From assembly GCA_964652605.1 (NCBI GenBank), contig CAZZBH010000001.1, positions 12,670 through 76,669 on the forward strand: a stretch of DNA of 64,000 nt, given 5' to 3'. The stretch is from an uncultured Planctomycetaceae bacterium (lineage in GTDB: Bacteria > Planctomycetota > UBA8742 > UBA2392). The notes under the pieces are model-generated. The model made no database searches. It saw only the letters and a list, made by a program, of their open reading frames with translations, and was not told where the DNA came from. Below are positions 25,991 to 35,839 of the stretch, piece by piece. Positions within the stretch are counted from its first letter, which is position 1. Every line of letters begins with the position of its first letter. The translations under genes and the position numbers were made by a program.

Positions 25991-28530
25991 TTGCCACGTT
26001 GTCCAACACCCCAGCGGCGGCGGGCTGCCAGTGCGGCGGGGATCAGCAGTAGCCACCAGATTGCTGGGCCTGTGCTTGTGGCTGTGCAGTTGCTGCTGCT
26101 TGTGCCCGGGTTGGTGTCTATTGGCGGTGGGGTTGGGGCTGGGTTTATGGTCAGCGTCAGTTGCTGGGTGGCTGTGGTGGCTGTGTCTGTGGCCTGGACG
26201 GTGAAGGTCTCGGTGGTGGCTGTGATGGGGATGCCTGTGATCTGGCCTGCGGCGCTGAGTGTCAACCCCTGCGGCAGGCTGCCCGCGATCACACTGAATG
26301 TGTAGCCGCCCAAGCCGCCGGTGGCTTGCAGGGCCTGATTGTAGCTCTGGCCGACTTCGCCGTCGGGCAGCGTGGTCGTGGTGATCAGCAAGGGCGGCGG
26401 CAGCGCGGCGACAGCCAGTGTCACGTGCACATCGACGACGTTGGTGCCATCGGTGATCTGCACGAGGTAAGTGTGCGTGCCCGCGTCGGCGGCCGTCAGT
26501 GTCCCGGCAGGAGCGACAGTGAGAGTGCTGCCGGCAGTGAACGCGAAGCCTGCGCCGCCGGCTGGGTTGCCCATACCCGGAAACACCGTGCCCAGGCTGA
26601 CCGCTTGCCCGGTGTTAGGATCAGCCAATGCAGCCAGGTCAATGCTGTGGCTGCCATCGTCGCCTTCGGTAAAGCCCGCGGTGTAAGGATTGCCCGGCGT
26701 GCCGTTGCCGCCTGCGGCGCCGGCGATGGTGTGCGTGGGCGGGAGGTCGTTGTTGCTGATGTAGAGTGTGACCATGACCGGCGTGCCATTCACCGCATCA
26801 TGGAACTCGACACGGAATTCATACAAGCCGAGCGGATTGACGGCATCCATCATGCCGGTCCAGGCAAGTGTGATCGGCTGTCCGGGCGGGGGTATGACAG
26901 GCGTGTTCACGCCAACGAGCGGGGTGAACTGGGCGATGCCAGTGACGGTGATCTGGTTTCCCTCAGGATCGGAGAGTTCAAGCTCAGCGTTAACCAGAGG
27001 ATCGCCGGGGTCCACCGCATAGTAATAGGGACCGCCGGCAACGCCGGTGAAGCCGGAGCCGGGCGCAGGGGCCGCTACCGCCGGTGCGTTAACGATGCCG
27101 TTGCCATTGACGGTAAACGTGTAGGGGTGGTTGTTGACGTCGTTGTTATCTATGGATATCTGCAGGTCAAAGGGCCCCGGTGCCGCGGGCTCAATGTAAA
27201 TGGTGAAGGTTGTGCTGCCGTTGAAGGGGATTGAGGTCAGCCCCGGCTGCGACTGCACGCTTGCCGCTGCCAGATTTGCGCCGGGAGTCAAGATAACGGG
27301 CGGGTTGCCTGAAAGTAGAAGATCCGCGGCGTGAGTATTGCGGATGGTGAAGTCCCGGGTGCCGCCGTGCACAAGCACGTCGCCGACTTGCGCCGCCCCG
27401 GCATTGGCCACGGGCGCGGCGCCGGAATCAACACGCATGCTGGGCTCAGGAAACTCATGCGCCCCGGCGTCATAGCGAAAACCCATGGGACGAGGGTTGC
27501 CGAAGATGTCAACGGCAACGCTGCCGAGGGTTACAAAATCCCTCGCCGGCGAGCCTGGCTGCAAGCGCAGATCCTCAAATCCCGGCGTGGTGTTCATCAA
27601 CAGCGGATCAGCATTCAAGCCGTTCAAGTCCCGCCCCGACGCCTGCCACTGCGCCCAGGTTTCGTGATAACTGCTTACCCAAGCAGGCGGAGTCAAGTGA
27701 AAAATATTTCCATCCACACTCTGCGGAAGGGCGGTCGTTGCGATGGCGGCATCCATGCCGTTCAGCTGACAGACAATGTTGTTTTCGAATGTACCCCACG
27801 CATTCTGGCCGATATGTTGAATGCAGCGACCAACGTGGGCGACAATTGTATTGTGTCGCACAATCCATTCCAACCCGGGGTTATTGTTGTAGATGCCATA
27901 GTGATTCACCCCGTATATCCAGTTGTTTTCAATGATCACGTTGTGCATATTTGGATCGGGGCTGTGAATAGACAGCCCTTGCGTTCTGTGACCGAATATC
28001 CGGCACCGGGAAATGCGTATGAATTGCGCCCCTCCACCATAAGCATCAGTTGACCACAATAGGCCGCTGTTGCCCCAGCTAGGCCCGGGACCGATTGTCA
28101 GACCCTCAAGAGTCGTAAACGATATGTTGTGGAAGCTCAGAGGTGCACTACTCCCGAAGCCGCCATAAATATGCTGCAAGGTGGACGCGCCGGTAATCTG
28201 CGGAAACTCTCCCAAGGCGGCCCGAATGGTCAGCGTATTTGTGGCGCTCAGTCCCGGCACCGTCATCGGCGAACCCAAGTTGTCCCGCCCCAGCGCGTAG
28301 GAAGGCTTATTCAGAGCATCGAACGGACCCCCGTCATCGTATACGTCCATGACAACGGGTCCGCTGATGCCAACCGCTTCGAGATCATCAAAGAAGTCGC
28401 CGATATCGCCGTAGTCGAATGCATTGCCAGGGTTGCCGTTGGCACAGGTGTAGGTGCCGCTCAGCTGGGCATGCGCTACTGCGGTGCATGCCGCAGCCGT
28501 CAACACCCAAAGCAAGAAGCAACGAGTCAT
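25957..28530 (-). CDS. surface protein: right-handed parallel beta-helix, Ig-like modules and a Cys-CTERM signal
   Basis: Signal MTRCFLLWVLTAAACTAVAHA. PbH1-like repeats (RISRCRIFGH..., VIIENNWIYG..., VRHNTIVAH..., FENNIVCQ). A late He_PIG-like module (LPDGEVGQSYNQALQATGGLGGYTFSVIAGSLPQGLTL). The C-terminus is SSSNCTATSTGPAIWWLLLIPAALAARRRW. Confidence 0.7.
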   Translation of the reverse strand: MTRCFLLWVLTAAACTAVAHAQLSGTYTCANGNPGNAFDYGDIGDFFDDLEAVGISGPVVMDVYDDGGPFDALNKPSYALGRDNLGSPMTVPGLSATNTLTIRAALGEFPQITGASTLQHIYGGFGSSAPLSFHNISFTTLEGLTIGPGPSWGNSGLLWSTDAYGGGAQFIRISRCRIFGHRTQGLSIHSPDPNMHNVIIENNWIYGVNHYGIYNNNPGLEWIVRHNTIVAHVGRCIQHIGQNAWGTFENNIVCQLNGMDAAIATTALPQSVDGNIFHLTPPAWVSSYHETWAQWQASGRDLNGLNADPLLMNTTPGFEDLRLQPGSPARDFVTLGSVAVDIFGNPRPMGFRYDAGAHEFPEPSMRVDSGAAPVANAGAAQVGDVLVHGGTRDFTIRNTHAADLLLSGNPPVILTPGANLAAASVQSQPGLTSIPFNGSTTFTIYIEPAAPGPFDLQISIDNNDVNNHPYTFTVNGNGIVNAPAVAAPAPGSGFTGVAGGPYYYAVDPGDPLVNAELELSDPEGNQITVTGIAQFTPLVGVNTPVIPPPGQPITLAWTGMMDAVNPLGLYEFRVEFHDAVNGTPVMVTLYISNNDLPPTHTIAGAAGGNGTPGNPYTAGFTEGDDGSHSIDLAALADPNTGQAVSLGTVFPGMGNPAGGAGFAFTAGSTLTVAPAGTLTAADAGTHTYLVQITDGTNVVDVHVTLAVAALPPPLLITTTTLPDGEVGQSYNQALQATGGLGGYTFSVIAGSLPQGLTLSAAGQITGIPITATTETFTVQATDTATTATQQLTLTINPAPTPPPIDTNPGTSSSNCTATSTGPAIWWLLLIPAALAARRRWGVGQRGNSVGPDGPQRG

Positions 28531-28801
28531 GGTTGACCTTTGGTTGCCTTCGAACGCCGAAGGCAACTCACGACACCAAGTCACCAGGTGCCCCGCCGCT
28601 TGAATCCGGCACTTCCGAACACCCTGGTCGAACCAGCCGCACGCCGATGCGTCGAGAGAAGAGCGACACTGTTACTTTAGTCGGAGGCTGCTTCGGCGCA
28701 AGCGAATTTCCGCACTTCTCGCCGAGTTTTCGGTGTGCGAGACTTCGCGCTCTTGCGGCGGGACAGTGTCACGAGGGCAGGCCGACAGGCTTGCCGGTGG
28801 G

Positions 28802-31018
28802 CTAGTCGCGGGTCAGCAGGTTTACGCGGTAGGCGTTTTCGATGCTTAGTGCGGCGAAGGCTGTGGCGTACACGTTGCCGAACAGGGCGCCGTAGGTGTC
28901 GTTGGGCTTGTAGCCGCCCCGGTGCTGGTCGTCGCGCTGGTGTTCGATCAGTGTGTTGGCCAGCGCGTTGTTCCAGCCGGTGGCCCTTTCGCCGCCTTGC
29001 TGGTGGTGCAGCGCCATGGCGAGACTGCCAAAGAACAGATAGCGCGCGTCGGCGTTATCGCGGCCGGCCTGGCTCAGGTCCGGCAATTCGCGTCCTACAC
29101 GGGCCACGTAGCCGGCAAAGCGTGAATCCAGCTCATAGGCGGCGTTCGGGTCACGGGCGAACAGGCACAACGCGGCGCCGGCGGCTGTCGGCAGCATGTC
29201 GCCGGCCAGCACTTCTTCTTGATCTTGCAGGATGTTGGTTGTGCGGGGCGCCATCTCAAACCAGCGCATGAAATCATCGACGCGCTGCCGGGGCACGTCG
29301 GCGGGCGGCACGTTCACGTTCACCGCGGTCTTCAGCGCCATGTAGGCCCATACACTGGTCGTCAGGCTGGCCTCGCCGCCTAGCTTGAACGGAAAGCCGT
29401 CACTGCCGCGCGCGCGCACGCCGCTAAGCCATGCGCAGGCCTTGCGCAGAGGGGTGCGAATCGCGTTCGAGCGCGTCAGCCCGTATTCCTCGGCCAGCAC
29501 CAGGGTTGCCATGGCGTGCACATACACGTTGTCGTTGCCGGATGGGCCGATCTGGCCGTTGTCGCGCTGTGCGCTGACCAGCCATTCCAGGCCGCGCCGG
29601 ACGTTGGCGTTGTAGCCGATCGGCGAGTAACGGCTTGAGTGCCCGTCGCCGAGGTAGGCGAGCAAGGCGGCGCTGGTGAGTTCAATGCGCTGGATCTCGC
29701 GCAGGTCGGGGTCGCGGTAGATCTCGCGGGGGTCCACATCAACGACCCACCAGTAGCCATCGGGGTGCTGGTGCATCTGCAGGTAGCGCAGGGCGCGATC
29801 CAGAACATCGAACAGGTCTTCGCGGCCGAGATAGCTGATCTTTTCGTCGCGCGGGCCGGTGCGCAGTCGGAAGAAGCTGGGCACGCCCTCGCGGCGCGCC
29901 TCGGGCGAATCGAACTCGACGCCCAGCGACGATTCTGCGGGTGCGTCGTCTTCGATCGGTGCCAGGTCATGCTCGGGGTTCGGGATTTCGTCGTGCGTGG
30001 TCAGGACGGGCTCTTCGCCGGCTGGCGACCAGGTTTCGGCTTGGGTAAGTGCACCGTCCTCACTGCCGGTGATGCCGTGGTCGTCGATGCTGCGCTCGCC
30101 GGGGAGCTCTGCCCCGACGTTGGCGCGGCCGCTGCCCAGGCCGATGGTCACGACCTCTTCGCCGACAATGGCTGGTCGCGCAAAGACGAAAAGCATGATT
30201 GCAATCGCCAGCGCGTGCACTGAAAGCGTGACGGCCATGCTTTTGCGGCTTTGTTGCAGCCCGCGCCCCAGCTCGCGTCCCCACTGGTACTCGCGGGCGT
30301 CCACGCGGCGTGGTGTCTCGCGCACGCGGCGGCGGCTGCTGAGCAATATGCGCTTGAACAGCCGGCGCCGAAACGGGTCAGCGGGCTGCACCTGCGGCAG
30401 CACCGGCGCTGCGGGCTGCTGTTGTGCAGTCTCGAACAGCGCGACCTGCAGGCGCCGGCGGAACTCGTCGCGTACCGGCACCATGGGCAGTGTCGCAGCC
30501 GCGACGCGGCTTGCCGCCGCTGCAAGCGCGGGCGAAGGCTCGAGCATGGGCAGGCTGGCGGCTGTGGCCCGGGTGCGGAACTCGACGCGCAGTGCGCGCA
30601 CCCACTCGGGGCGTACCGTCAGCTCGGGCAGTGCACGAGTGCAGAACGCGGCCCGCAATGCGCGCACGAAGCTGACGGACGGCTCAAGCCGCGGGATGCT
30701 TGCGACAATGCCGCGGACGGTAAACTCTGTGCGCAGGCCGCGCATGAAGGACTCGCTGCCGTCAACCAGCGGCAGCAGGCTAAGCCAGTCGCGGGCCTCA
30801 AACTCGCGGCGCACGGCGACGATGAAGTCTTCGCGGGCCGGCGTGGCGTGGTCAGCCGTCATGCCGGGAAAGCTGCGCAGTACGGCGTACGTGCGCTTGA
30901 GGCGCTGGAACTGGTCGAAGTACGCGGCGTCTTCCTGCAGGCGCGCGCGCACACTCGCGGCGGCGGAGGGCTCAAGCTCGCCGCGAATGAAATCCACCAG
31001 TTTTCCAAAGTCTTGCAT
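28802..31018 (-). CDS. anti-sigma-like membrane protein with a C-terminal prenyltransferase/squalene-oxidase-repeat (alpha/alpha toroid) domain
   Basis: The N-terminus MQDFGKLVDFIRGELEPSAAASVRARLQED resembles a zf-HC2 anti-sigma. One TM helix (MAVTLSVHALAIAIMLFVF). The C-terminal repeats (LRYLQMHQHPDGYWW, LEWLVSAQRDNGQIG, ...) resemble terpene-cyclase-type repeats. Confidence 0.55.
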   Translation of the reverse strand: MQDFGKLVDFIRGELEPSAAASVRARLQEDAAYFDQFQRLKRTYAVLRSFPGMTADHATPAREDFIVAVRREFEARDWLSLLPLVDGSESFMRGLRTEFTVRGIVASIPRLEPSVSFVRALRAAFCTRALPELTVRPEWVRALRVEFRTRATAASLPMLEPSPALAAAASRVAAATLPMVPVRDEFRRRLQVALFETAQQQPAAPVLPQVQPADPFRRRLFKRILLSSRRRVRETPRRVDAREYQWGRELGRGLQQSRKSMAVTLSVHALAIAIMLFVFARPAIVGEEVVTIGLGSGRANVGAELPGERSIDDHGITGSEDGALTQAETWSPAGEEPVLTTHDEIPNPEHDLAPIEDDAPAESSLGVEFDSPEARREGVPSFFRLRTGPRDEKISYLGREDLFDVLDRALRYLQMHQHPDGYWWVVDVDPREIYRDPDLREIQRIELTSAALLAYLGDGHSSRYSPIGYNANVRRGLEWLVSAQRDNGQIGPSGNDNVYVHAMATLVLAEEYGLTRSNAIRTPLRKACAWLSGVRARGSDGFPFKLGGEASLTTSVWAYMALKTAVNVNVPPADVPRQRVDDFMRWFEMAPRTTNILQDQEEVLAGDMLPTAAGAALCLFARDPNAAYELDSRFAGYVARVGRELPDLSQAGRDNADARYLFFGSLAMALHHQQGGERATGWNNALANTLIEHQRDDQHRGGYKPNDTYGALFGNVYATAFAALSIENAYRVNLLTRD

Positions 31019-31222
31019 GGTTGAACCCGAAGGCCCGTGGATACAGCGCGGCCATCGCCGAGCGCACCCGGAGCCACCCCATAGAACGGCATTCTGTGGC
31101 ACAGGTTCAACGCAAACGCCATCAATCGGTGACAATTCGGGGACGTTCTAACCGGTCGGTTGGCAGGTTCGACGCGCACGGCGTAAGCTATGGCAGGATA
31201 ATGAGATAGAACGAGCCCCGGA

Positions 31223-32827
31223 TTAGAGCTTCTTGGCTACCGGGATGCGCCGACCTGCGCCGAAGGCACGCTTGCCGATGCGCAGCACGATCGGCGACTG
31301 GCGGCGTTTATGCTCGGAGCGCTCGACCAGCTGCACGATTCGGTGCACCAGCTCGCTGTCTTCGCCGCGCTGGATGATGCTTTCGGCAGACAGGTGATCG
31401 TCCAGGTACAGCTCCAGGATGCGGTCAAGCACGTCGTAGGGCGGCAGCGAGTCCTGGTCGGTCTGGTCGGGGCGTAGCTCGGCGCTGGGCGCTTTGGTCA
31501 GGGTTGCTTGCGGGATTTCAGCGAATCTCCGCGCCATCTCATACACCCGGGTCTTGGCCACGTCGCCGATCACCTCAAGCGAGCCGCACATGTCGCCGTA
31601 CAGCGTGCTGTAGCCTACCGCCAGCTCGCTGCGGTTGCCGGTTGCCAGCACAAGGCTGCCTTCGGCGTTGCTGCGCGTCATCAACAGCAGTCCGCGAAGG
31701 CGCGCCTGGGCGTTCTCCTCAGCCAAGCCACCGGGAAAGCCGCTGAGTTTGCGCTGCAGCTCGAAGGCTTCGTCGATGTTTACCAATTCAAAGCGAATGC
31801 CGAGTTTGTCCGCCAGATCGCGGCTGTCCTCGACGCTGCCGCGGCTTGAAAAGCGGGTGGGCATGCTGATGCCGGTGACGTTCTGCGGGCCGAGTGCTCT
31901 GGCGGCGATGCAGGCGACCAGCGCGCTGTCCACGCCGCCGGAAAGCCCGAGCAGGGCCTTGCTGAAGCCGGTCTTGCGGAAGTAGTCGCGCACGCCCAGC
32001 ACGAGCGCGTCGATTTCGTCGGCGATGTCGTCTTCGTGCCACGGCTCGGGCCCGCCGGATTCAGGGTCAGCAATGAAGACGGTGGGTGCAAACAGCGGCA
32101 GGCGTGCAACAGTTTTTCCGTTGCGGTCGCAGGCGATACTGCCGCCGTCAAAGATCAAGTCGTCCTGTGCTCCGACCTGGTTGACCAGCAGGCACGGCAG
32201 CCCGGTGCGCCTGGCTGTGGCCGCCACAAGTTTTTCGCGCAGGCGGTGCTTGCCGGTACCCCAGGGCGACGCGCTGACGTTGATCAGCATCTGCGCGCCG
32301 GCACGGGCGCAGTCGGCTGCGGGATCGCCCTCATAGTCTATGCGGCCGAGCAGGGTAGCGTCGGTCCAGATGTCTTCGCAGACAAGCAAGCCAATTTTCG
32401 TGCCGCGGAAGTCAGCGACGACGGGCGCCGCGTCAGGCTCAAAGTATCGGCGTTCATCGAACACGTCATAGGTCGGCAGCAGCGCCTTGTGCTTGACGGC
32501 CAACAGCTTGCCGTTGTCGCAAAGCACGGCTGCGTTTCGCAGCGGCTTGCCGTGCGGGTTGTCGTTGGCAAGCGCGATTCCAAACAGGATGCCGATGTTG
32601 AGCTCGCGCGAGAGCGCAAGCAGGCGGTCGCGCGCCTTGAGGTTGCGGGCGACAAAGTCGTCGTAAAGCGCAAGATCGTGCGGCGGGTAGCCTGACAGCG
32701 CAAGCTCGGGCGCGACGCAAAGGTCGGCGTCGTGGTCGCGGGCGATGCGCACGGCGTCTTCAATGCGGCGCGTGTTGCCGTCAAAGTCGGCGACAACCGG
32801 GTTGAGCTGAAGCAGCGCGACTTTCAT
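31223..32827 (-). CDS. nadE: glutamine-dependent NAD+ synthetase
   Basis: An N-terminal CN-hydrolase domain (MKVALLQLNP..., ELALSGYPP, LVCEDIW) is followed by an NAD-synthase domain with the SGGVDSA P-loop. Confidence 0.9.
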   Translation of the reverse strand: MKVALLQLNPVVADFDGNTRRIEDAVRIARDHDADLCVAPELALSGYPPHDLALYDDFVARNLKARDRLLALSRELNIGILFGIALANDNPHGKPLRNAAVLCDNGKLLAVKHKALLPTYDVFDERRYFEPDAAPVVADFRGTKIGLLVCEDIWTDATLLGRIDYEGDPAADCARAGAQMLINVSASPWGTGKHRLREKLVAATARRTGLPCLLVNQVGAQDDLIFDGGSIACDRNGKTVARLPLFAPTVFIADPESGGPEPWHEDDIADEIDALVLGVRDYFRKTGFSKALLGLSGGVDSALVACIAARALGPQNVTGISMPTRFSSRGSVEDSRDLADKLGIRFELVNIDEAFELQRKLSGFPGGLAEENAQARLRGLLLMTRSNAEGSLVLATGNRSELAVGYSTLYGDMCGSLEVIGDVAKTRVYEMARRFAEIPQATLTKAPSAELRPDQTDQDSLPPYDVLDRILELYLDDHLSAESIIQRGEDSELVHRIVQLVERSEHKRRQSPIVLRIGKRAFGAGRRIPVAKKL

Positions 32828-32955
32828 TCGGCACCTGGACGGCAGCACTAAAGCACGAAAGCGCAAAACATGAAGGGCGGGCAGACCTCGGGTGAATGGT
32901 TGTCTTTCATTGCGAGTTCGTGGTTCAATGCGGCCCAGGACATTCAGGAGCAGGC

Positions 32956-33375
32956 ATGATCGGATACTACCCCATCAACCCGGCTGGCAATCCGTCAGAG
33001 GACGCGTTTGGTGCGCGGTTTTTTCGCACGCAGTTCTATGACCGCATGGCGCAGGTGTGCTCGATCGACGACACGACGCCGGTGCTTGAGGTAGTGCTGA
33101 CATCGGGCCAGGTGCTGGATGTTTCGCACATTGTTGAGTTGAAGGACGACTACATGCTGGTGTGCGCGTTTGTGGACGCGCATGACTGCGAGAACACCTA
33201 CCAGGCCTACGTTCGCTACATGACCATCTACCGCATCAACGTGCTGACACGGCCTTCCAACGAGCGATCCATCGGGTTCAGCAATCGCGAAGTAAGCGGC
33301 GACCCGGGCGACACGCCGGTCATGCCGCGCCACGTGACGGAAAACTCGCGCGATGGCAAGTCACCGAAGGCCTAA
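32956..33375 (+). CDS. hypothetical protein
   Basis: 139-aa ORF from the ATG at 32956, with AGGAG six nt upstream. No recognisable domain. Confidence 0.45.
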   Translation: MIGYYPINPAGNPSEDAFGARFFRTQFYDRMAQVCSIDDTTPVLEVVLTSGQVLDVSHIVELKDDYMLVCAFVDAHDCENTYQAYVRYMTIYRINVLTRPSNERSIGFSNREVSGDPGDTPVMPRHVTENSRDGKSPKA

Positions 33376-34253
33376 TCACTGAAGTCGAGCCAGCCTTGCA
33401 GCGGCGCGCGTCGCACGCGCAGTTCCACATCGCTGCTTATCGCATCGGCGCCCAGGCGTCCGCCGTCGAGATCCACACGTGTTACCATGCGCAGCGGGCG
33501 TGAATAAACCAGCGTGCCGGTAAAGCGCAGCACCGCGGGGCGCCCTGCGTGATCGGCAGTAACGCGCCAGTCCAGGCTGATGCGAACTTCGCGGTCATCC
33601 AGATGAGTAACGGCGCAGGTCAGCGAGTTGCGCTGCAGCTTGAAGCCCATGGCTTCGATCAGGGCGTTCAGCCCTGCCAGTTGCGGGCCCTCTAATGCCC
33701 AGGACTGTCCGCGCGTCACCGGCTCAATCGGCAGCAGGGCTGCGTCGAAGCCCTCGATCAGGAACTTGCGGCCGCCGGGGTTGAGGTCACCTACCAGCAC
33801 GCGTGCATCCACCGATGCGCTGCGCTGCGTCAGCTCCAGCGTGCAACCCTCAAGCTCGCCCGACTGGCGCTGCGGTTGGCCGCCGTTGGCGACTACGGTT
33901 GTCGTGCTTGCCTCCCAACTGCGTTGCACCGCTAACTGTCGCCCGGAAGCATCGACCGACAGCACGCGGGTCAGGGTGACTTCCTCTGAGTTGATCACCA
34001 GCTCGTCGCTGGCGGTCTTTTCCTGCACGCGCAGCGTGCGGGTCGTGCGATAGCGCTGCCCTGCCTCGTGCGGGGTGGCCAGCCTGACAGTTTCTTCGCG
34101 TGTTTCACCGCCGTTTTGCGTGGCTGTCGGCGGCGCCTGGTTGCCGCCTGGGTTCGTGCGGGGGTTGGAGCAGCCGGCGCCGACCGTAAACAGCAGACAC
34201 GCGGCGAGCCAGCCCACGTTGCCGCGCCAGCTTGAAATCTGCTTGTTGGTCAT
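33372..34253 (-). CDS. hypothetical lipoprotein
   Basis: Start at ATG 34253. Signal with lipobox LLFTVGAGCSNP. Its stop overlaps the convergent 32956..33375 gene by 4 nt. Confidence 0.5.
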   Translation of the reverse strand: MTNKQISSWRGNVGWLAACLLFTVGAGCSNPRTNPGGNQAPPTATQNGGETREETVRLATPHEAGQRYRTTRTLRVQEKTASDELVINSEEVTLTRVLSVDASGRQLAVQRSWEASTTTVVANGGQPQRQSGELEGCTLELTQRSASVDARVLVGDLNPGGRKFLIEGFDAALLPIEPVTRGQSWALEGPQLAGLNALIEAMGFKLQRNSLTCAVTHLDDREVRISLDWRVTADHAGRPAVLRFTGTLVYSRPLRMVTRVDLDGGRLGADAISSDVELRVRRAPLQGWLDFSD

Positions 34254-34306
34254 TTCGCGTACGACTCCGAACTTGCATCGCGGGGCACGACTTGCGCTTT
34301 GACCGA

Positions 34307-35614
34307 CTACCGTGCGCTGATGCCGACGCCCTCCACCAGCACCCACGGAAGGTACTGGCTGCCGACCCATTCGCGCTGCTTGCTGATGCTGACAATCTGC
34401 GACTTCAGCAGGTCAAACGCGTTGACGTTCAATGCGCAGTTCTTGACGCGGCCAACATTGCGGCCTTCCTGCACCCGGAAACCCAGCGAAACGTTGCCGC
34501 TGACCTGGCCAGCCAGAAAGTTGCTGGTAAATGTGCCGAGCATGTTGCGCACGTGAATTCCGCCGTTTGCGTCAGCCAGCATCTGCTCAAGTTCGGCTTC
34601 ACCGGGCGCCATTACGATGCTGTGCAAGCCGGGCGACGGCTGACTTGAAACGGCGCGCTGAGCGTTTCCGGTTGGCGCATGGCCGCATTTGTGCGCGGTG
34701 CTGAGTGTGTGAACGAAGCCTTTAAGCACGCCTGCTTCAACAATCGGGCGTTTCTGCGTGACGACACCTTCGCCGTCGTACAAGCCGCCGGCGGGGCTGT
34801 CGGGGCGGTGGGGGTCGTCCTCGATCGTCAGGCGTTTGTCGAACAGTTCTTCGCCCATCGACTCCACGAATCGGCTTGTCTTTCGGGCGATGTTCTGGCC
34901 ATTGACCGATACAGCGATGGGCATCAGCAGGTCGCACACCGCAGTGGGTGCAAACAGGACGCGGTAGCTGCCCTTCTCAACGGGCACGACTTTCCGCGCG
35001 ACGTTGTAGTCTTCGGCCGCTTGTCGGGCGTTGCTGAGTATTTCTGCCTCGGCGATCAGTGCGCTGCTTGAACGCCCTCGATACACCTGCAGAAAGTTGC
35101 CTTCCTCGGCGATGCGCGCGCCGACGTAATAGCCGAAGCTGCTGGAGTTTTCGCCGCATTCCTGGCCGCGGCTTGTCGCCAGGCGCGACTCGGCTGTGCC
35201 GCCACCGATGCTGCAATCCACTGTGGCGTCGGGCGCGATGCCCTTGATTGTCCGCTTGATGGAGTCGCACAGCTTGACGAGTTGCTCGACATTGAGGTCG
35301 CCGCAAGCCGGATCGTAGGGCACGCTGGCCTTGCTTTGCTGCCGCGCGGCGAACTCATAGTCGTAGGGCTTGCCCCAGGGCGCCAGGCGCACGGCGCTTT
35401 CGGCCACATTGGCCACGTCGCCGGGCTTGCTGCTGTAGGAAAAGCCGATTTTTCCCTGCTTGACTGCGCGGATGCCCACGCCGGAGCTTTCGCCGCGGCT
35501 GATCTCGTTGAGGCGGTCGTTTTCAAAGCTCACGCTGATGTTGCGTGAATCCGCGCTGTACAGTTCGTAAGCCTCAGCCATTGACCCAAGGCGCTCCGTA
35601 ATTCGCTTGGACAT
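34307..35614 (-). CDS. pmbA: TldE/PmbA-family metalloprotease subunit
   Basis: 435 aa of the TldD/PmbA family pattern (GVGIRAVKQGKIGFSYS ..., C-terminal GNVSLGF ... VPWVLVEGVGISA). It is the last gene of an operon headed by tldD. Confidence 0.8.
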   Translation of the reverse strand: MSKRITERLGSMAEAYELYSADSRNISVSFENDRLNEISRGESSGVGIRAVKQGKIGFSYSSKPGDVANVAESAVRLAPWGKPYDYEFAARQQSKASVPYDPACGDLNVEQLVKLCDSIKRTIKGIAPDATVDCSIGGGTAESRLATSRGQECGENSSSFGYYVGARIAEEGNFLQVYRGRSSSALIAEAEILSNARQAAEDYNVARKVVPVEKGSYRVLFAPTAVCDLLMPIAVSVNGQNIARKTSRFVESMGEELFDKRLTIEDDPHRPDSPAGGLYDGEGVVTQKRPIVEAGVLKGFVHTLSTAHKCGHAPTGNAQRAVSSQPSPGLHSIVMAPGEAELEQMLADANGGIHVRNMLGTFTSNFLAGQVSGNVSLGFRVQEGRNVGRVKNCALNVNAFDLLKSQIVSISKQREWVGSQYLPWVLVEGVGISAR

Positions 35615-35623
35615 GTCGCTCCG

Positions 35624-35839
35624 TTAGTCTTCGCTGTTCTGCTCTTCCCGCTTGCGTTGTTCCAGCCGCTGCCGCCAGGATCGCACGTGCTCTGCGTATT
35701 CTTCGGGCGGCCGCAGTGGGCCCGCCTTACTGGGTTTCGTTTCGATCCAAGTGTTGCCGTCCCGATCAGTCCAGCGAATGGTAACGGTGTCCGATTCCAC
35801 CCACTCCGGTTTTTCATTGGGTTTGACCATGCGCTTCAT
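35624..35839 (-). CDS. small hypothetical protein (71 aa) embedded in the tldD-pmbA operon
   Basis: ATGA overlap with the upstream ORF. The stop lies 9 nt before the pmbA start, with a GGAG inside the gap. Highly charged C-terminal tail. No known domain. Confidence 0.5.
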   Translation of the reverse strand: MKRMVKPNEKPEWVESDTVTIRWTDRDGNTWIETKPSKAGPLRPPEEYAEHVRSWRQRLEQRKREEQNSED

